From: a virus
Strand: one strand, 5' to 3'
Virus record (IMG/VR): IMGVR_UViG_3300027734_000039
Length of the DNA: 64,000 nt
Under the pieces are notes generated by a model. That model ran no database searches. It saw nothing but the letters and a program-made list of their open reading frames with translations, and was not told where the DNA came from. Below, piece after piece: positions 9,883 through 20,300 of the stretch; positions within the stretch are counted from its first letter, which is position 1; the number at the start of each line of letters is the position of its first letter. The position numbers and the translations under genes are program-made.

Positions 9883-10115
9883 TGCCTTTATTCGTTACGA
9901 ATATGATTATTAAGTCGGAGGAGATTCAGTCTCCTTCGCCAATAGTCAACAGAGTTCCTTTGAGTCGAAGCGTTTCTGCACCAATACCTTCTAAAAATAT
10001 CGAAAAAGAAGATAAGGTTGATTTTTATCATAGGGTTCAGGACGAGAAATTAGAAAAACTTTATAATAAAAAATCGCCTTACCTTGTTGATATGGTAGCG
10101 ATAGATTCAGAATAA
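9882..10115 (+). CDS. hypothetical protein
   Basis: 77 aa, TAATG coupling to the upstream gene. Confidence 0.55.
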   Translation: MPLFVTNMIIKSEEIQSPSPIVNRVPLSRSVSAPIPSKNIEKEDKVDFYHRVQDEKLEKLYNKKSPYLVDMVAIDSE

Positions 10116-10123
10116 TATAAATA
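10116..10123 (+). promoter_or_regulatory. T4-type late promoter
   Basis: TATAAATA upstream of a gene with an AGGAGG RBS. Confidence 0.8.
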
Positions 10124-10151
10124 TTAAAAAATCTCTAGGAGGATTACAAAA

Positions 10152-11156
10152 ATGGCACAATGGGGTAGAAACGATCAGTCAGTAACTGCTAATAGCACTA
10201 CTACTGTAGAATCATCAAACGGCGCACCAATCGGCACTTACGCACTTGTAAAGGCTGGTGGTGGCAACACATCAGTTCGTGTTGATGCTGCAAACGCTCA
10301 CTACGGAAACACATCAGCTGGTTCGCGTGCAAACGTTGACGTTGGTATGTTCGAAAATACTACAATCAGTGCATACATCCCAGGAGTGGCTGTTGGCGTT
10401 TATGGCGTTGACACTACTGAAATGGGGTTAACGACTGGTTCGTCAAATGGTCTTTATCGTGTAACATCTGGCGGTACTGGTTATGGCGCAAACGCTGTTG
10501 TAACTCTTACTTTTGCTAACGGCGTTTCAAATGTTTCAGCTGCCAACTCAACTGTTGGTACTACTGGTACTAACGCTGGTCGTGTTACTGCTTTCACTTC
10601 GAATGTTTCAATCACTGGAATCACTGGCGCTAACCCAACATTGACTGTTGCTGCTCCTGGTGCAATCAATATCACTGCTAACTCAACTGGTTTCAGTAAC
10701 ACAACTGAAACTATTGTTGTTGCAACTGCTAACTCTAAGTGGCAGGTTGGTGATCGTCTTTACTACGGCGTTCCAGCTGGCAATACAGCAATCGCCCCAC
10801 TTACTGGTAATACATACTACTACGTGTCGTTTGCAAACACTACAACTATTGCTCTTTCGGCAACAGCTGGCGGTGCTAACATTAACATCACTGATGCTCG
10901 TACTACTGCTTCTGGCGAAACTCATACTATTCAGGGCGACACTGCTACTGGCGTATTGATTTTAACTGGCGCTAAACGTCAAGGTGCTGCTCACGCTGGT
11001 TGGGTTCTCCGTACTGAAGGTACTGGCGGTCGCGCTGGTCGTGTTCAGATGGAAACGCTTGTAGCTATGGGTTCACTCGGCGCTCAGACTGCTGCTTATG
11101 GTACAGCTGCTCTAGTTCCAGACGGATCTGACGATAACGTACTACACGACTCTTGA
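10152..11156 (+). CDS. virion structural protein
   Basis: MAQWG start, T/G/A-rich, HAGWV..GGRAGRVQMETLVAM C-terminal motif; late promoter upstream. Confidence 0.7.
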   Translation: MAQWGRNDQSVTANSTTTVESSNGAPIGTYALVKAGGGNTSVRVDAANAHYGNTSAGSRANVDVGMFENTTISAYIPGVAVGVYGVDTTEMGLTTGSSNGLYRVTSGGTGYGANAVVTLTFANGVSNVSAANSTVGTTGTNAGRVTAFTSNVSITGITGANPTLTVAAPGAINITANSTGFSNTTETIVVATANSKWQVGDRLYYGVPAGNTAIAPLTGNTYYYVSFANTTTIALSATAGGANINITDARTTASGETHTIQGDTATGVLILTGAKRQGAAHAGWVLRTEGTGGRAGRVQMETLVAMGSLGAQTAAYGTAALVPDGSDDNVLHDS

Positions 11157-11171
11157 TAAAGGGGTCGTGTA

Positions 11172-12377
11172 ATGGCTGACAACAGTAAGAAGTTATCAGA
11201 ACTTCCTGTAGCAACGAATGCTGCGAGCACAGATAGGGTATTAATCCTCCGAGATCCTGCTGGCTCGCCTTCTACAAGAACTATTGCTGTCAGCAATTTA
11301 GTTTCAAGTATCGCTTATGCAAATACAACAGTAGCAGGTACGGTTAAGGTTGGTAACAATCTTTCCGTTAATGCTACTGGTTTCTTAAATAGTGTTGGCA
11401 CTGGTAATATATTTTTCACAAACAATGCCATTTCATCAAATAGTAGTGGTGTTATTGTAAGAGGTCAACCTGGATATACTGTTAATATTATATCCAACAC
11501 TTACTCTCGAATTATGTATAACCCAAATGTATCTGTTTCAGATAGTTTTACTAATGGAACTTCATGGGTTTATGCTGGTCCTGGTGGCGTAGGTGTTGAA
11601 GTTTATAATGGCGGAAATGTTCTTTCTGCTGTTTATGCATCAAATACTGGTGTTGTAACTTTATTTGGCAACAGCACATATATTCCAAATAAATTACAAA
11701 TTGGCACAGCTAGCGGATACGATTTCGGTAATCTTGCTCTCATTCAAATTGATTCTTCTGCAAATACATATCAGCAAATTGTAATTCAAAATGCTAATTC
11801 CGGTACACAAGCTTCTGGTGATTTAGTTATAACAGCTGATAACGGCAATGACTCTTTCGGATATGTAGATTTAGGCATCAATAGCTCGAATTATTCTAAT
11901 GCCACATATGGTATTTCTGGCGCTGGTGATGCTTATCTTTATTCAGCTAATAGCCAATTAGTAATTGGTACTGCAACTGTTAAAGATATAGTGTTTCACG
12001 CTGGTGGTACTACTGCTACTAATAGAGTATTAACAGTTAATACAAGTGCGGTGACTGTTAATAGTGCTGCTAATCTTACTGTTACTTCAAATACATTAAA
12101 CCTTGGTACATCTACTATTTCTGCCAATGGTTATACATATTTACCAAACGGTATGAAAATGAACTGGGGTAAACTAGTTTGTAACACAGTAAGTCAAATT
12201 ACATTTTCTAGTGCATTTTCTACAGCTCTTGTTTCCTTAACGGTTACTCCAGCAAGCAATATATATGTTGGTGCTAACACTCCTTATGTATTTGCTTCTA
12301 ATACAACAACAGCAAATGTATATTCGGGATCCACTACAACAACTAACAATGTCTATTTTGTTGCGATAGGTTACTGA
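11172..12377 (+). CDS. tail fibre-like protein with gp53-like C-terminal domain
   Basis: KKLSELP N-terminus; NGYTYLPNGMKMNWG..YFVAIGY C-terminus. Confidence 0.7.
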   Translation: MADNSKKLSELPVATNAASTDRVLILRDPAGSPSTRTIAVSNLVSSIAYANTTVAGTVKVGNNLSVNATGFLNSVGTGNIFFTNNAISSNSSGVIVRGQPGYTVNIISNTYSRIMYNPNVSVSDSFTNGTSWVYAGPGGVGVEVYNGGNVLSAVYASNTGVVTLFGNSTYIPNKLQIGTASGYDFGNLALIQIDSSANTYQQIVIQNANSGTQASGDLVITADNGNDSFGYVDLGINSSNYSNATYGISGAGDAYLYSANSQLVIGTATVKDIVFHAGGTTATNRVLTVNTSAVTVNSAANLTVTSNTLNLGTSTISANGYTYLPNGMKMNWGKLVCNTVSQITFSSAFSTALVSLTVTPASNIYVGANTPYVFASNTTTANVYSGSTTTTNNVYFVAIGY

Positions 12378-12397
12378 TAATTACAAAAGAATAATTA

Positions 12398-12787
12398 ATG
12401 AATGAAAAATTGACTGATAAGAACTTTTTATTATTTTGTGCAACACATTATGACAATGCTCAATATGCTTCTACAGAAGATTTTATTGAGGATATGAATA
12501 GGGTAAAGTACATCAAAAAATTAATAACTCGTTATATTGAGAACGGTGAATTGAAAGAGAGATTAATCCTCAATCATATCATAGTTCTCAATAATTGTTT
12601 TGGCCCTGAAGCTTTATGTAAAATACTATATCTTAAATTAAAACCACAGATGAAGTATATAAAGCCTTTTTTAATAATGTTAAATATATTACCAAATAAA
12701 ATTATGAATGTCGGTGAAGAACTTTTTATTGACACCGACCTGATTGAAATGGATGAATACATTGTTGAAAAACTTAGGAAAGTATAA
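12398..12787 (+). CDS. conserved T4-like hypothetical protein
   Basis: LTDKNFLLF..KYIKKL..LKERLILNHII. Confidence 0.7.
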   Translation: MNEKLTDKNFLLFCATHYDNAQYASTEDFIEDMNRVKYIKKLITRYIENGELKERLILNHIIVLNNCFGPEALCKILYLKLKPQMKYIKPFLIMLNILPNKIMNVGEELFIDTDLIEMDEYIVEKLRKV

Positions 12788-13314
12788 TGCACGAATTAGA
12801 GCATATAAAACAGTTTGTTTCCTTTGCGGCTAAAGAGTTAAAATTAGCATCGGTTCCGCACATCAATTTTGTTGGAAACGAAGAAAATAAGAAACAAACT
12901 TTCGGGCACACTAAGGACAATGTAATAACTGTTCGTGTAACGGGTCGTCACCCTGTAGATGTAATGAGAACTGTTGCTCATGAATTGATTCATTTCAAAC
13001 AGGGAAATAAAAGATCTTCCGAACAGGCTAGAGAAGACGAAGCTAATGCTATTGCTGGTCGCGTGATGCGTGCCTATGCAACAAAATATCCAAATGCATT
13101 TAAACATAGATCAATTCGCGAAGATACAGTTTCTGCAACTCCTGTGAACGCTATGGGCGCTTCCGCTGCTGACCCAACTACTGGCAACATTCAAGGCTAC
13201 TCGCCTATTATGATGCAAAAGAATATGTTAAAAAGACCAAAGCCTCTTTCAGATATCATTGGAAAACGTGCTATGTTAAAAGATTTGAAAAAGGATAAAA
13301 AAAATGGCGTCTGA
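12787..13314 (+). CDS. HExxH zinc metallopeptidase-like protein
   Basis: RTVAHELIHFKQ..EDEANAIAG. Confidence 0.65.
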   Translation: MHELEHIKQFVSFAAKELKLASVPHINFVGNEENKKQTFGHTKDNVITVRVTGRHPVDVMRTVAHELIHFKQGNKRSSEQAREDEANAIAGRVMRAYATKYPNAFKHRSIREDTVSATPVNAMGASAADPTTGNIQGYSPIMMQKNMLKRPKPLSDIIGKRAMLKDLKKDKKNGV

Positions 13315-13705
13315 GGTAACTATCCTAGAAAAACGTCAAGATCGTATGGAAGCTGTTATCGAAAGATTATCAGTAATTCAAACAGACTTAAATAAAATGT
13401 TAGCTGTACATGAAGAACGTATTAATAGCAATCAAAAGAACGTTACCTATCTAGAAGAAGTAGTTGAGAAGCGTAGAGAAGAATCCGATATCAAATTGAA
13501 AGATGTGTACGAAACAATGCGTTCAGAAGATAATAAGATCCTAACAGAATTAAATAATATCCGCAAAGAATCTACAGAACAGCATAATATACTCACTGCT
13601 AAGATAAATGAAATTGAAAAAAGATTGTGGATGTATATCGGCGGCGTTTCGGTAATTGTTTTTGTTCTAACTCACACAGACACTATTCTCAAAATCCTAA
13701 AATAA
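13304..13705 (+). CDS. coiled-coil protein with C-terminal TM helix
   Basis: MLAVHEERI; C-terminal WMYIGGVSVIVFVL. Confidence 0.65.
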   Translation: MASEVTILEKRQDRMEAVIERLSVIQTDLNKMLAVHEERINSNQKNVTYLEEVVEKRREESDIKLKDVYETMRSEDNKILTELNNIRKESTEQHNILTAKINEIEKRLWMYIGGVSVIVFVLTHTDTILKILK

Positions 13706-13710
13706 ACTGT

Positions 13711-13739
13711 TTGACTTTTAACCGACCATACAGTATAAT
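13711..13739 (+). promoter_or_regulatory. sigma70-type promoter
   Basis: TTGACT-17 bp-TATAAT. Confidence 0.85.
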
Positions 13740-13771
13740 TACTTTGTGGCTTTGATGATTAAAGGTTGAAC

Positions 13772-14794
13772 ATGGATTGGTTGCAGCACAAGTATATTGG
13801 TATTGTATCGAACAGACTTGATAAGTTTAAGCGTAAAGGACCGAATCTTTGGAACTTTCGTTGTCCTATCTGTGGCGATTCCGAAACCAATAGAAACAAA
13901 GCCCGAGCTTATATTTACGAAAAACAAGGTAAGAGTATGTTCCACTGTCATAACTGTGGGGCTACCTCTTCTGTATCTAATTTTATTAAATCTATTGATC
14001 AAAGTGCGTATAACGAGATGCAGCTGGAAAAGCTGCAGGGTAATAAAACTCCTGAACAAACAGATTATGAAAACTTTGTAAATAAGATGAAGAAGCCAGT
14101 CTTTATGAAGTCTGGTCCCTTGAAAGGTTTGAAGAAAGTATCTCAGCTTTCTCCTGACCATAGAACAAAGAAGTTTGTTGATGCAAGACGGATTCCAACT
14201 ATATATCACGCCAAACTATTTAATTGTCCTAATTTTAAGCAATTTACTAACTCTTTGCTTCCTGATAAATTTGATAGTGCTAGCATTGAAAGAGATGAGT
14301 GTCGCCTTCTTATACCATTCTTGGACGCTAATAAAAATGTTCATGCGTACCAAGGTCGTGCGTTGGGTGCTTCGGCTGTTAAGTACATCACCATCGTTCT
14401 TGATGAAACAGTTCCAAAAGTTTATGGACTGGATACAGTTAACTTTAATCGAAAAACATACGTATTCGAAGGACCCATCGACTCTATGTTTGTTCCTAAT
14501 TCGATTGCAACTGCAGGTGGTGATCTTGTATCTGCAATCGGGTCTTTTGATAAAGAGAATCTCGTCATTGTTTACGATAACGAGCCGAGAAACAAAGAAA
14601 CTGTGAAAAAACTTGACAAAGCTATCCTTCAGGGTTATAATGTATGTATCTGGCCAGATAACCTAGAACATAAAGACGTTAACGATATGATCCTTGCAGG
14701 ACTGACGAGCGACTTCATTAAACATATTATCGATACCAATACGCATAAAGATCTCGCAGCGAAACTGGCTCTTACTAAATGGGGTAAAGTATGA
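13772..14794 (+). CDS. gp61: DNA primase (T4 gp61-like)
   Basis: NFRCPICGDS..FHCHNCG zinc finger; VFEGPIDSMF TOPRIM; KDVNDMIL. Confidence 0.95.
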   Translation: MDWLQHKYIGIVSNRLDKFKRKGPNLWNFRCPICGDSETNRNKARAYIYEKQGKSMFHCHNCGATSSVSNFIKSIDQSAYNEMQLEKLQGNKTPEQTDYENFVNKMKKPVFMKSGPLKGLKKVSQLSPDHRTKKFVDARRIPTIYHAKLFNCPNFKQFTNSLLPDKFDSASIERDECRLLIPFLDANKNVHAYQGRALGASAVKYITIVLDETVPKVYGLDTVNFNRKTYVFEGPIDSMFVPNSIATAGGDLVSAIGSFDKENLVIVYDNEPRNKETVKKLDKAILQGYNVCIWPDNLEHKDVNDMILAGLTSDFIKHIIDTNTHKDLAAKLALTKWGKV

Positions 14795-15033
14795 AAAACA
14801 ACCTATTCGAAAATCTTAGACATCTTAAAGATTTCAAAGAGATTATCGGTAAAAACAAACACGATGTTTGGCGTGTTCATTGGAAAGATGGCGGAGAAGT
14901 TGAAATTAAGCGAGCAGGTGATCTTGTTTGCAAAGTCCCCAATCATGATGTTCAATTAGCTACATACATTTGCTCCCTACATAATATGTCAAATCGAATG
15001 ATTAAAGAAGTGGATGAAAAATATGCTAGTTAA
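14791..15033 (+). CDS. hypothetical protein
   Basis: 80 aa, ATGA overlap with primase. Confidence 0.6.
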   Translation: MKNNLFENLRHLKDFKEIIGKNKHDVWRVHWKDGGEVEIKRAGDLVCKVPNHDVQLATYICSLHNMSNRMIKEVDEKYAS

Positions 15034-15247
15034 GTTTACAAATTCATCTGATCTTCTTAAAGGTAATCCGCTTTATATTAATTCAGAATATGTTGTTTCT
15101 GTTTTCGAAAGTCCAACTGATGGTGGTTCCCTTAAAACTATTATCTGGGGCGGACCAACAGGTATTGGTTGGGAAGTTGAAGAAAGTTTAAATCAAGCTG
15201 TCAAACTAATCAATTCCGCTAACGCTAAAACTTGTGGGTGTAAGTGA
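15023..15247 (+). CDS. FlbD-like small protein
   Basis: MLVKFTN..PLYINSEYVVSVFE..WEVEESLNQAVKLI resembles the FlbD/SwrD pattern. Confidence 0.5.
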   Translation: MLVKFTNSSDLLKGNPLYINSEYVVSVFESPTDGGSLKTIIWGGPTGIGWEVEESLNQAVKLINSANAKTCGCK

Positions 15248-15510
15248 TGACGACATATAGAACTTTTTATGCTGAAGCTGAAATCGACGTTGATCTTAAC
15301 GAGTGGGACGATGATGAACTTATCAAAGAACTCGAGTCTCGAGAATATCAAATTACACCAAGCGGCGGTCATCCTCAATACGAAGAAATGAAGGACGATA
15401 TTTTCGCGCTATATAAAGAATGGATGGATGATCAAGGCGACCGTGATAATCGTTTCGAAAAAGCCATGCGTAAATTTTTTGAAAAACATTTGGATAAGGT
15501 GAGTGCATAA
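15247..15510 (+). CDS. hypothetical acidic protein
   Basis: ORF in a coupled gene run. Confidence 0.6.
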   Translation: MTTYRTFYAEAEIDVDLNEWDDDELIKELESREYQITPSGGHPQYEEMKDDIFALYKEWMDDQGDRDNRFEKAMRKFFEKHLDKVSA

Positions 15511-16163
15511 TGAACAACGCTAAAATTATTGCTGTTTCTCAACCGACTGACGGTTCGTCTGTTGATGAGTTTGTTGCCTACGTAGCTCGAGTTTCTAATC
15601 CTTCTAATCAAAACAATAAAGAAACAGCTCCCAAGTTGCTTCGGTATCTTGCAAAACATAAGCACTGGTCGCCATTTGAGATGGTAAACATTTGTATGGA
15701 AATTGAAACGACTCGAGATATTGCTCGTCAGATTCTTCGCCATCGTTCGTTCAGCTTTCAAGAGTTCTCTCAACGTTATGCTGATCCTACTAATGATCTT
15801 GGATTTGTTGAACGTGAAGCTCGATTGCAAGACCAAAAGAACCGTCAGAATAGTATTGAAACAGATGATACTGCACTACAGCAACAATGGGAATCATATC
15901 AGCGTGATGTTATCCGTAAGGTTACTGGTGCATATCAATGGGCTGCAGAAAATGGTATTGCTAAGGAACAAGCTCGTGCAGTTCTTCCAGAAGGTCTTAC
16001 CGTCAGCCGTATGTATATGAATGGCACTCTTCGTTCATGGATTCATTACTGCCAGCTTCGTATGGGTGTAGAAACTCAAAAAGAACACCGTGAAGTTGCA
16101 ACAGACGCTTGGTATCAAATTACAGCAAAGTTCCCAAGCTTGAAAGACGCACTAGATATTTAA
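15510..16163 (+). CDS. thyX: flavin-dependent thymidylate synthase
   Basis: HWSPFE; RQILRHRSFSFQEFSQRY; AKEQARAVLP; TQKEHR. Confidence 0.97.
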   Translation: MNNAKIIAVSQPTDGSSVDEFVAYVARVSNPSNQNNKETAPKLLRYLAKHKHWSPFEMVNICMEIETTRDIARQILRHRSFSFQEFSQRYADPTNDLGFVEREARLQDQKNRQNSIETDDTALQQQWESYQRDVIRKVTGAYQWAAENGIAKEQARAVLPEGLTVSRMYMNGTLRSWIHYCQLRMGVETQKEHREVATDAWYQITAKFPSLKDALDI

Positions 16164-16187
16164 TAAAAATAATAAAGAGGTAACGAT

Positions 16188-18473
16188 ATGTCACAAATTC
16201 AAGTAACGAAGCGTAACGGTAGTAGAGAAAACATAGATCTTAATAAATTTCATAAAGTTGTCGCTTGGGCTTGTGAGGGAATTAACAACGTATCAGAATC
16301 TGAGATAGAAATTAAGTCTCGCATTCAGTTTTATGATGGAATCAAAACAACTGATATCCAAGAAACTCTAATCAAAGCTTCGGCTGATTTGATTTCAGAG
16401 GATAATCCTGGTTATCAATATGTTGCTGGTCGTTTGATTAATTATCATCTAAGGAAAGAAGTTTATGGCGCTTTCGATACTCCTGATCTTCTCACTCATA
16501 TTCGTAACGTTGTGGATGCTGGGTACTATGATAAGAGTATTCTTGATTGGTATTCTGGAGCTGACATTAATGCTCTTAATCGCTATATTGATCACTCACG
16601 CGATTTTAACATTGCCTATGTAGGCATGGAGCAATTCCGCGGAAAATATTTAATTAAGAATAGATCAAATGGCAAGATCTTTGAGACGCCTCAGATGGCG
16701 TACATGCTTATCGCTATGGTGTTGTTCAGAAACTATGGCGCCGATCGCACTAAGTGGGTAAAGGAACTCTACGATGCAACAAGTAATTTTGAAATTTCGC
16801 TACCTACTCCTATCATGGCAGGTTTACGCTCTCCTCAAAAGCAGTTCAGCTCGTGTGTTCTTATCGAAACAGACGACAGCCTTGACTCAATCAATTCGAC
16901 AGCTTCTGCGATTGTTAAGTACGTTAGTCAAAAGGCTGGTATTGGCATTGGTGCTGGTAGTATTCGTGCTCTCGGCTCTCCTATTCGCGCTGGCGATACT
17001 ACACATACTGGCGTTATTCCCTTTTGGAAACACTTCCAAAGTGCGGTTAAATCTTGCTCACAGGGAGGTGTCCGTGGCGGTGCAGCAACTTTATATTACC
17101 CTATCTGGCACTTGGAAGTCGAGGACTTACTAGTTCTAAAAAATAATAAAGGTACAGAAGATAACCGTATTAGAGGGTTGGACTATGGGGTTCAGTTTAA
17201 CAAAGTTATGTACGAAAGACTTTTGTCTGGCGGTAATATCACTCTTTTTAGCCCTCGTGATGTTCCTGATCTTTATAACAGTTTTTATATTGATACCGAT
17301 CGCTTTAGAAAGATCTATGAACAAGCAGAACGAAACAACAAAATTCGAAAAAAATCTATTCCAGCGATAGAACTATTCTCTGCTTTTATGCAAGAGCGTA
17401 AAGATACTGGTCGTATCTATCTTATGAATGTTGATCATGCTAACGATCATGGTTCGTTTGTTAAGGAACTTGCGCCTATCCGTCAGTCAAATCTTTGCTG
17501 TGAAATTAACTTACCTACAAAGCCACTTAATGATATTAATGATCCAAATGGAGAAATCTCACTATGCACATTAGCAGCTATCAACTGGGGGAAGATTCGT
17601 GATCCTGCTGACTTTGAACGTCCTTGCACTCTTGCTGTTCGCGCTCTCGATGAGTTACTCGACTATCAAGATTATCCAGTCTTGGCAGCAAGGAACTCTA
17701 CAATGGCTAGACGACCCCTTGGTGTCGGCATTATTAATCTCGCTTATTGGCTTGCCCGTAACGATTTATCTTATCAGCATATCGATGCAGATGGATTAAA
17801 TAAACTACATTCTTTTACAGAAGCATGGTCTTATTATTTGATTAAGGCATCCATTGATCTCGCTAAAGAGAAGGGTGCATGCCCTAAGAGTGGAGAAACA
17901 AAATATGGTCAAGGTATCTTCCCTATTGATACGTATAAAAGAGATGTTGACGAATTAGCCACGCCTCAGTACCGTTTTCCGTGGGGAGAACTGTCTTCCG
18001 CAGCGAGAGAGTTCGGAATTAGAAACTCAACGCTCATGGCGCTTATGCCATCTGAAACGTCAGCACAAATTAGCAACGCTACAAATGGAATCGAACCGCC
18101 ACGCTCACTTGTTTCAGTAAAACAGTCAAAGGACGGTGTGCTTAAACAAGTTGTACCTGAAGTACGCAAGCTCAAGAAAAAGTATGACTTACTTTGGGAT
18201 CAAAAGTCGCCAGAGGGGTATCTTAAGATCGTAGCTGTTTTACAAAAGTTTATCGACCAAGGGATATCGGTCAACACATCATATAACCCGAAGTTCTATG
18301 AAGACGAAAAGATCCCGATGTCGGAAATGATTGGTCACCTCCTCATGTTTTATAAATACGGCGGCAAACAACTCTATTACTTCAACACCAATGATGGCGC
18401 TGGCGAGTATGAAATGCCTGTTCTCCCTGCTGGTGAAGTTAACGACGAGGATTGTGAATCGTGCAAAATCTAA
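16188..18473 (+). CDS. nrdA: class Ia ribonucleotide reductase alpha subunit with ATP cone
   Basis: VTKRNG ATP cone; FSSCVL; SQGGVRGG; SNLCCEI; C-terminal CESC. Confidence 0.98.
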   Translation: MSQIQVTKRNGSRENIDLNKFHKVVAWACEGINNVSESEIEIKSRIQFYDGIKTTDIQETLIKASADLISEDNPGYQYVAGRLINYHLRKEVYGAFDTPDLLTHIRNVVDAGYYDKSILDWYSGADINALNRYIDHSRDFNIAYVGMEQFRGKYLIKNRSNGKIFETPQMAYMLIAMVLFRNYGADRTKWVKELYDATSNFEISLPTPIMAGLRSPQKQFSSCVLIETDDSLDSINSTASAIVKYVSQKAGIGIGAGSIRALGSPIRAGDTTHTGVIPFWKHFQSAVKSCSQGGVRGGAATLYYPIWHLEVEDLLVLKNNKGTEDNRIRGLDYGVQFNKVMYERLLSGGNITLFSPRDVPDLYNSFYIDTDRFRKIYEQAERNNKIRKKSIPAIELFSAFMQERKDTGRIYLMNVDHANDHGSFVKELAPIRQSNLCCEINLPTKPLNDINDPNGEISLCTLAAINWGKIRDPADFERPCTLAVRALDELLDYQDYPVLAARNSTMARRPLGVGIINLAYWLARNDLSYQHIDADGLNKLHSFTEAWSYYLIKASIDLAKEKGACPKSGETKYGQGIFPIDTYKRDVDELATPQYRFPWGELSSAAREFGIRNSTLMALMPSETSAQISNATNGIEPPRSLVSVKQSKDGVLKQVVPEVRKLKKKYDLLWDQKSPEGYLKIVAVLQKFIDQGISVNTSYNPKFYEDEKIPMSEMIGHLLMFYKYGGKQLYYFNTNDGAGEYEMPVLPAGEVNDEDCESCKI

Positions 18474-18646
18474 ATGAAAAAAAGTTTGCAGAAATTTTTA
18501 ATAAAATTTACCTTGGGAACTTGACTATTGTACATATTAAAAGTACAATGGAACCTAAGTTGTATGACAACGATAACAAACTTATTATTGATATTCCAGA
18601 AGGTTATCTTGAATACGATAAAAAGAAATATAGTAGGAACATATGA
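18461..18646 (+). CDS. hypothetical protein
   Basis: Fills the gap between nrdA and the next gene; GAGG upstream of GTG. Confidence 0.4.
   Translation: MQNLNEKKFAEIFNKIYLGNLTIVHIKSTMEPKLYDNDNKLIIDIPEGYLEYDKKKYSRNI
18521..18549 (+). promoter_or_regulatory. sigma70-type promoter (intragenic)
   Basis: TTGACT-17 bp-TACAAT. Confidence 0.5.
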
Positions 18647-18870
18647 GCAATCCAATCACACAACTAAATCCACCTATCCCTTTAATGACTCCTAATGGTA
18701 GAGCTTTAGCGCATTTTCTATTAGACTATGGTCCAGAACATGATCTTATGTGGGTTTGCTTTCAAGACGATACTGGTGAATGTTGGACTTGGGAAAATGC
18801 CTATATACGAGCCCGCATTAACGCTACCATGGGTAGAACAAAAATGAGTAAGATAAAGAAAGTAGAATAA
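18643..18870 (+). CDS. conserved phage hypothetical protein
   Basis: QLNPPIPLMTPNG.A.AHFLLDYGPEHDLMWVCF..TGECWTW. Confidence 0.7.
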   Translation: MSNPITQLNPPIPLMTPNGRALAHFLLDYGPEHDLMWVCFQDDTGECWTWENAYIRARINATMGRTKMSKIKKVE

Positions 18871-19034
18871 TGTTTGAAGTAACAAAAGAAAACTACCATC
18901 AGTATCTAACTTTTCATGGCCATGATCCAGAAGTGGCTGAGTGGGTTATTGAAACCTACGATGCAAACTCGCCACTTATGTCAGTTCGTTTGTGGGTTGA
19001 AGCTTCGAAGTTCGTATTAGGAATAAACAAATGA
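18870..19034 (+). CDS. small hypothetical protein (54 aa, not in ORF track)
   Basis: MFEVTKENYHQYLTFHGHDP...; TAATG and ATGA coupling on both sides. Confidence 0.55.
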   Translation: MFEVTKENYHQYLTFHGHDPEVAEWVIETYDANSPLMSVRLWVEASKFVLGINK

Positions 19035-20128
19035 GTTACTCAGTTTTCGATTCAAATAATAAAAAAGATGCAACTCAGGTTAGAGCGTTTTTTGATGACG
19101 CTCCAACTATTGCACGTTACGACAAGCAAAAGTATCCATGGATTGAAAAGCTCACTGATAAGCAACTTGGTTTCTTTTGGCGTCCAGAAGAAGTTGACAT
19201 CTATAAGGATGCTAAAGACTTTAAGGAACTTACTCCGCATGAGCAACATATTTTTACTTCCAATCTCAAGCGTCAGATTTTACTCGACTCCGTACAGGGA
19301 CGAGCGCCGACAGCGGCATTTGGACCAATATGCTCACTACCAGAACTTGAAACGTGGATCCAAACGTGGACCTTCTCGGAAACAATCCACTCCCGCAGTT
19401 ATACTCACATTATCAGAAATATCTATCCAAATCCATCGAAGGTCTTTGATGAGATAATGGACATTGGCGAAATTGTTGATTGCGCTAAAGATATCAGCAA
19501 GTATTATGACGAACTAATTCAGCTGAACAATATGCGTCAAGAAGGTGCTTTGACTAATCTTGCTTATGAACATAAGAAAGCTCTCTGGCTTGCATTGATG
19601 TCTGTTAATATTCTTGAAGGGGTTAGATTTTATGTATCGTTTGCATGCTCATGGGCTTTCGCTGAAGTCAAAAAGATGGAAGGTAATGCAAAAATTATCA
19701 AGTTCATCGCAAGAGACGAAAACCTGCATCTCGCGGGAACACAGCAGCTACTTAAAGCGCTCGTTAAAGAAGATGAAGACTTCGCGAGGATATCGGAAGA
19801 AACACGACAGGTTTGCATCGATCTGTTCGTTGACGCTGTCAACCAAGAGAAGCGTTGGGCTAATTATCTATTCCGTGACGGGTCGATGGTTGGTCTTAAC
19901 GAGGCGCTCCTGAGCGAATATATAGAGTGGATTGCTAATAAACGTATGACCGCTGTTGGTCTTCCTTCACTATACAAAGGTGGCAGCAATCCGCTTCCTT
20001 GGACACAAAAGTGGATCAGCGGTTCTGAAGTTCAGGTCGCTCCACAGGAAACCGAAATTACAAGTTACATTAATGGTGGTGTGAAAAAAGACGTAACAAC
20101 AGAAACATTTAAAGGATTCAGTCTATGA
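19031..20128 (+). CDS. nrdB: class Ia ribonucleotide reductase beta subunit
   Basis: FFWRPEEVD; ETIHSRSYTH; LEGVRFYVSF; RDENLH; VAPQETEITSY. Confidence 0.98.
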   Translation: MSYSVFDSNNKKDATQVRAFFDDAPTIARYDKQKYPWIEKLTDKQLGFFWRPEEVDIYKDAKDFKELTPHEQHIFTSNLKRQILLDSVQGRAPTAAFGPICSLPELETWIQTWTFSETIHSRSYTHIIRNIYPNPSKVFDEIMDIGEIVDCAKDISKYYDELIQLNNMRQEGALTNLAYEHKKALWLALMSVNILEGVRFYVSFACSWAFAEVKKMEGNAKIIKFIARDENLHLAGTQQLLKALVKEDEDFARISEETRQVCIDLFVDAVNQEKRWANYLFRDGSMVGLNEALLSEYIEWIANKRMTAVGLPSLYKGGSNPLPWTQKWISGSEVQVAPQETEITSYINGGVKKDVTTETFKGFSL

Positions 20129-20268
20129 TCACATGTCAAGAATGCGAAGCAGAGTTTGAAATAACTCACGATAATATCAGCGAACCAGAGTTTTGCCCGT
20201 TTTGTGCAGCTAAACTTCGCTACGAAGATAACGAAAATTTAGACGACGATTGGTATCCTGATCCGTAA
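20125..20268 (+). CDS. small zinc-ribbon protein (47 aa)
   Basis: MITCQECEAEF..EFCPFCAAKL; ATGA overlap with nrdB. Confidence 0.65.
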   Translation: MITCQECEAEFEITHDNISEPEFCPFCAAKLRYEDNENLDDDWYPDP

Positions 20269-20269
20269 C

Positions 20270-20300
20270 CATAAATATGGGGGAAAAAGGAGTACCCCAT
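20270..20300 (+). promoter_or_regulatory. late promoter variant plus start-codon-masking hairpin
   Basis: CATAAATA followed by an ATGGGG/CCCCAT stem enclosing AAGGAG. Confidence 0.45.

Noticed and set aside
16188-20128. Introns or inteins in nrdA/nrdB
   Set aside because: Both ORFs are uninterrupted and of normal length
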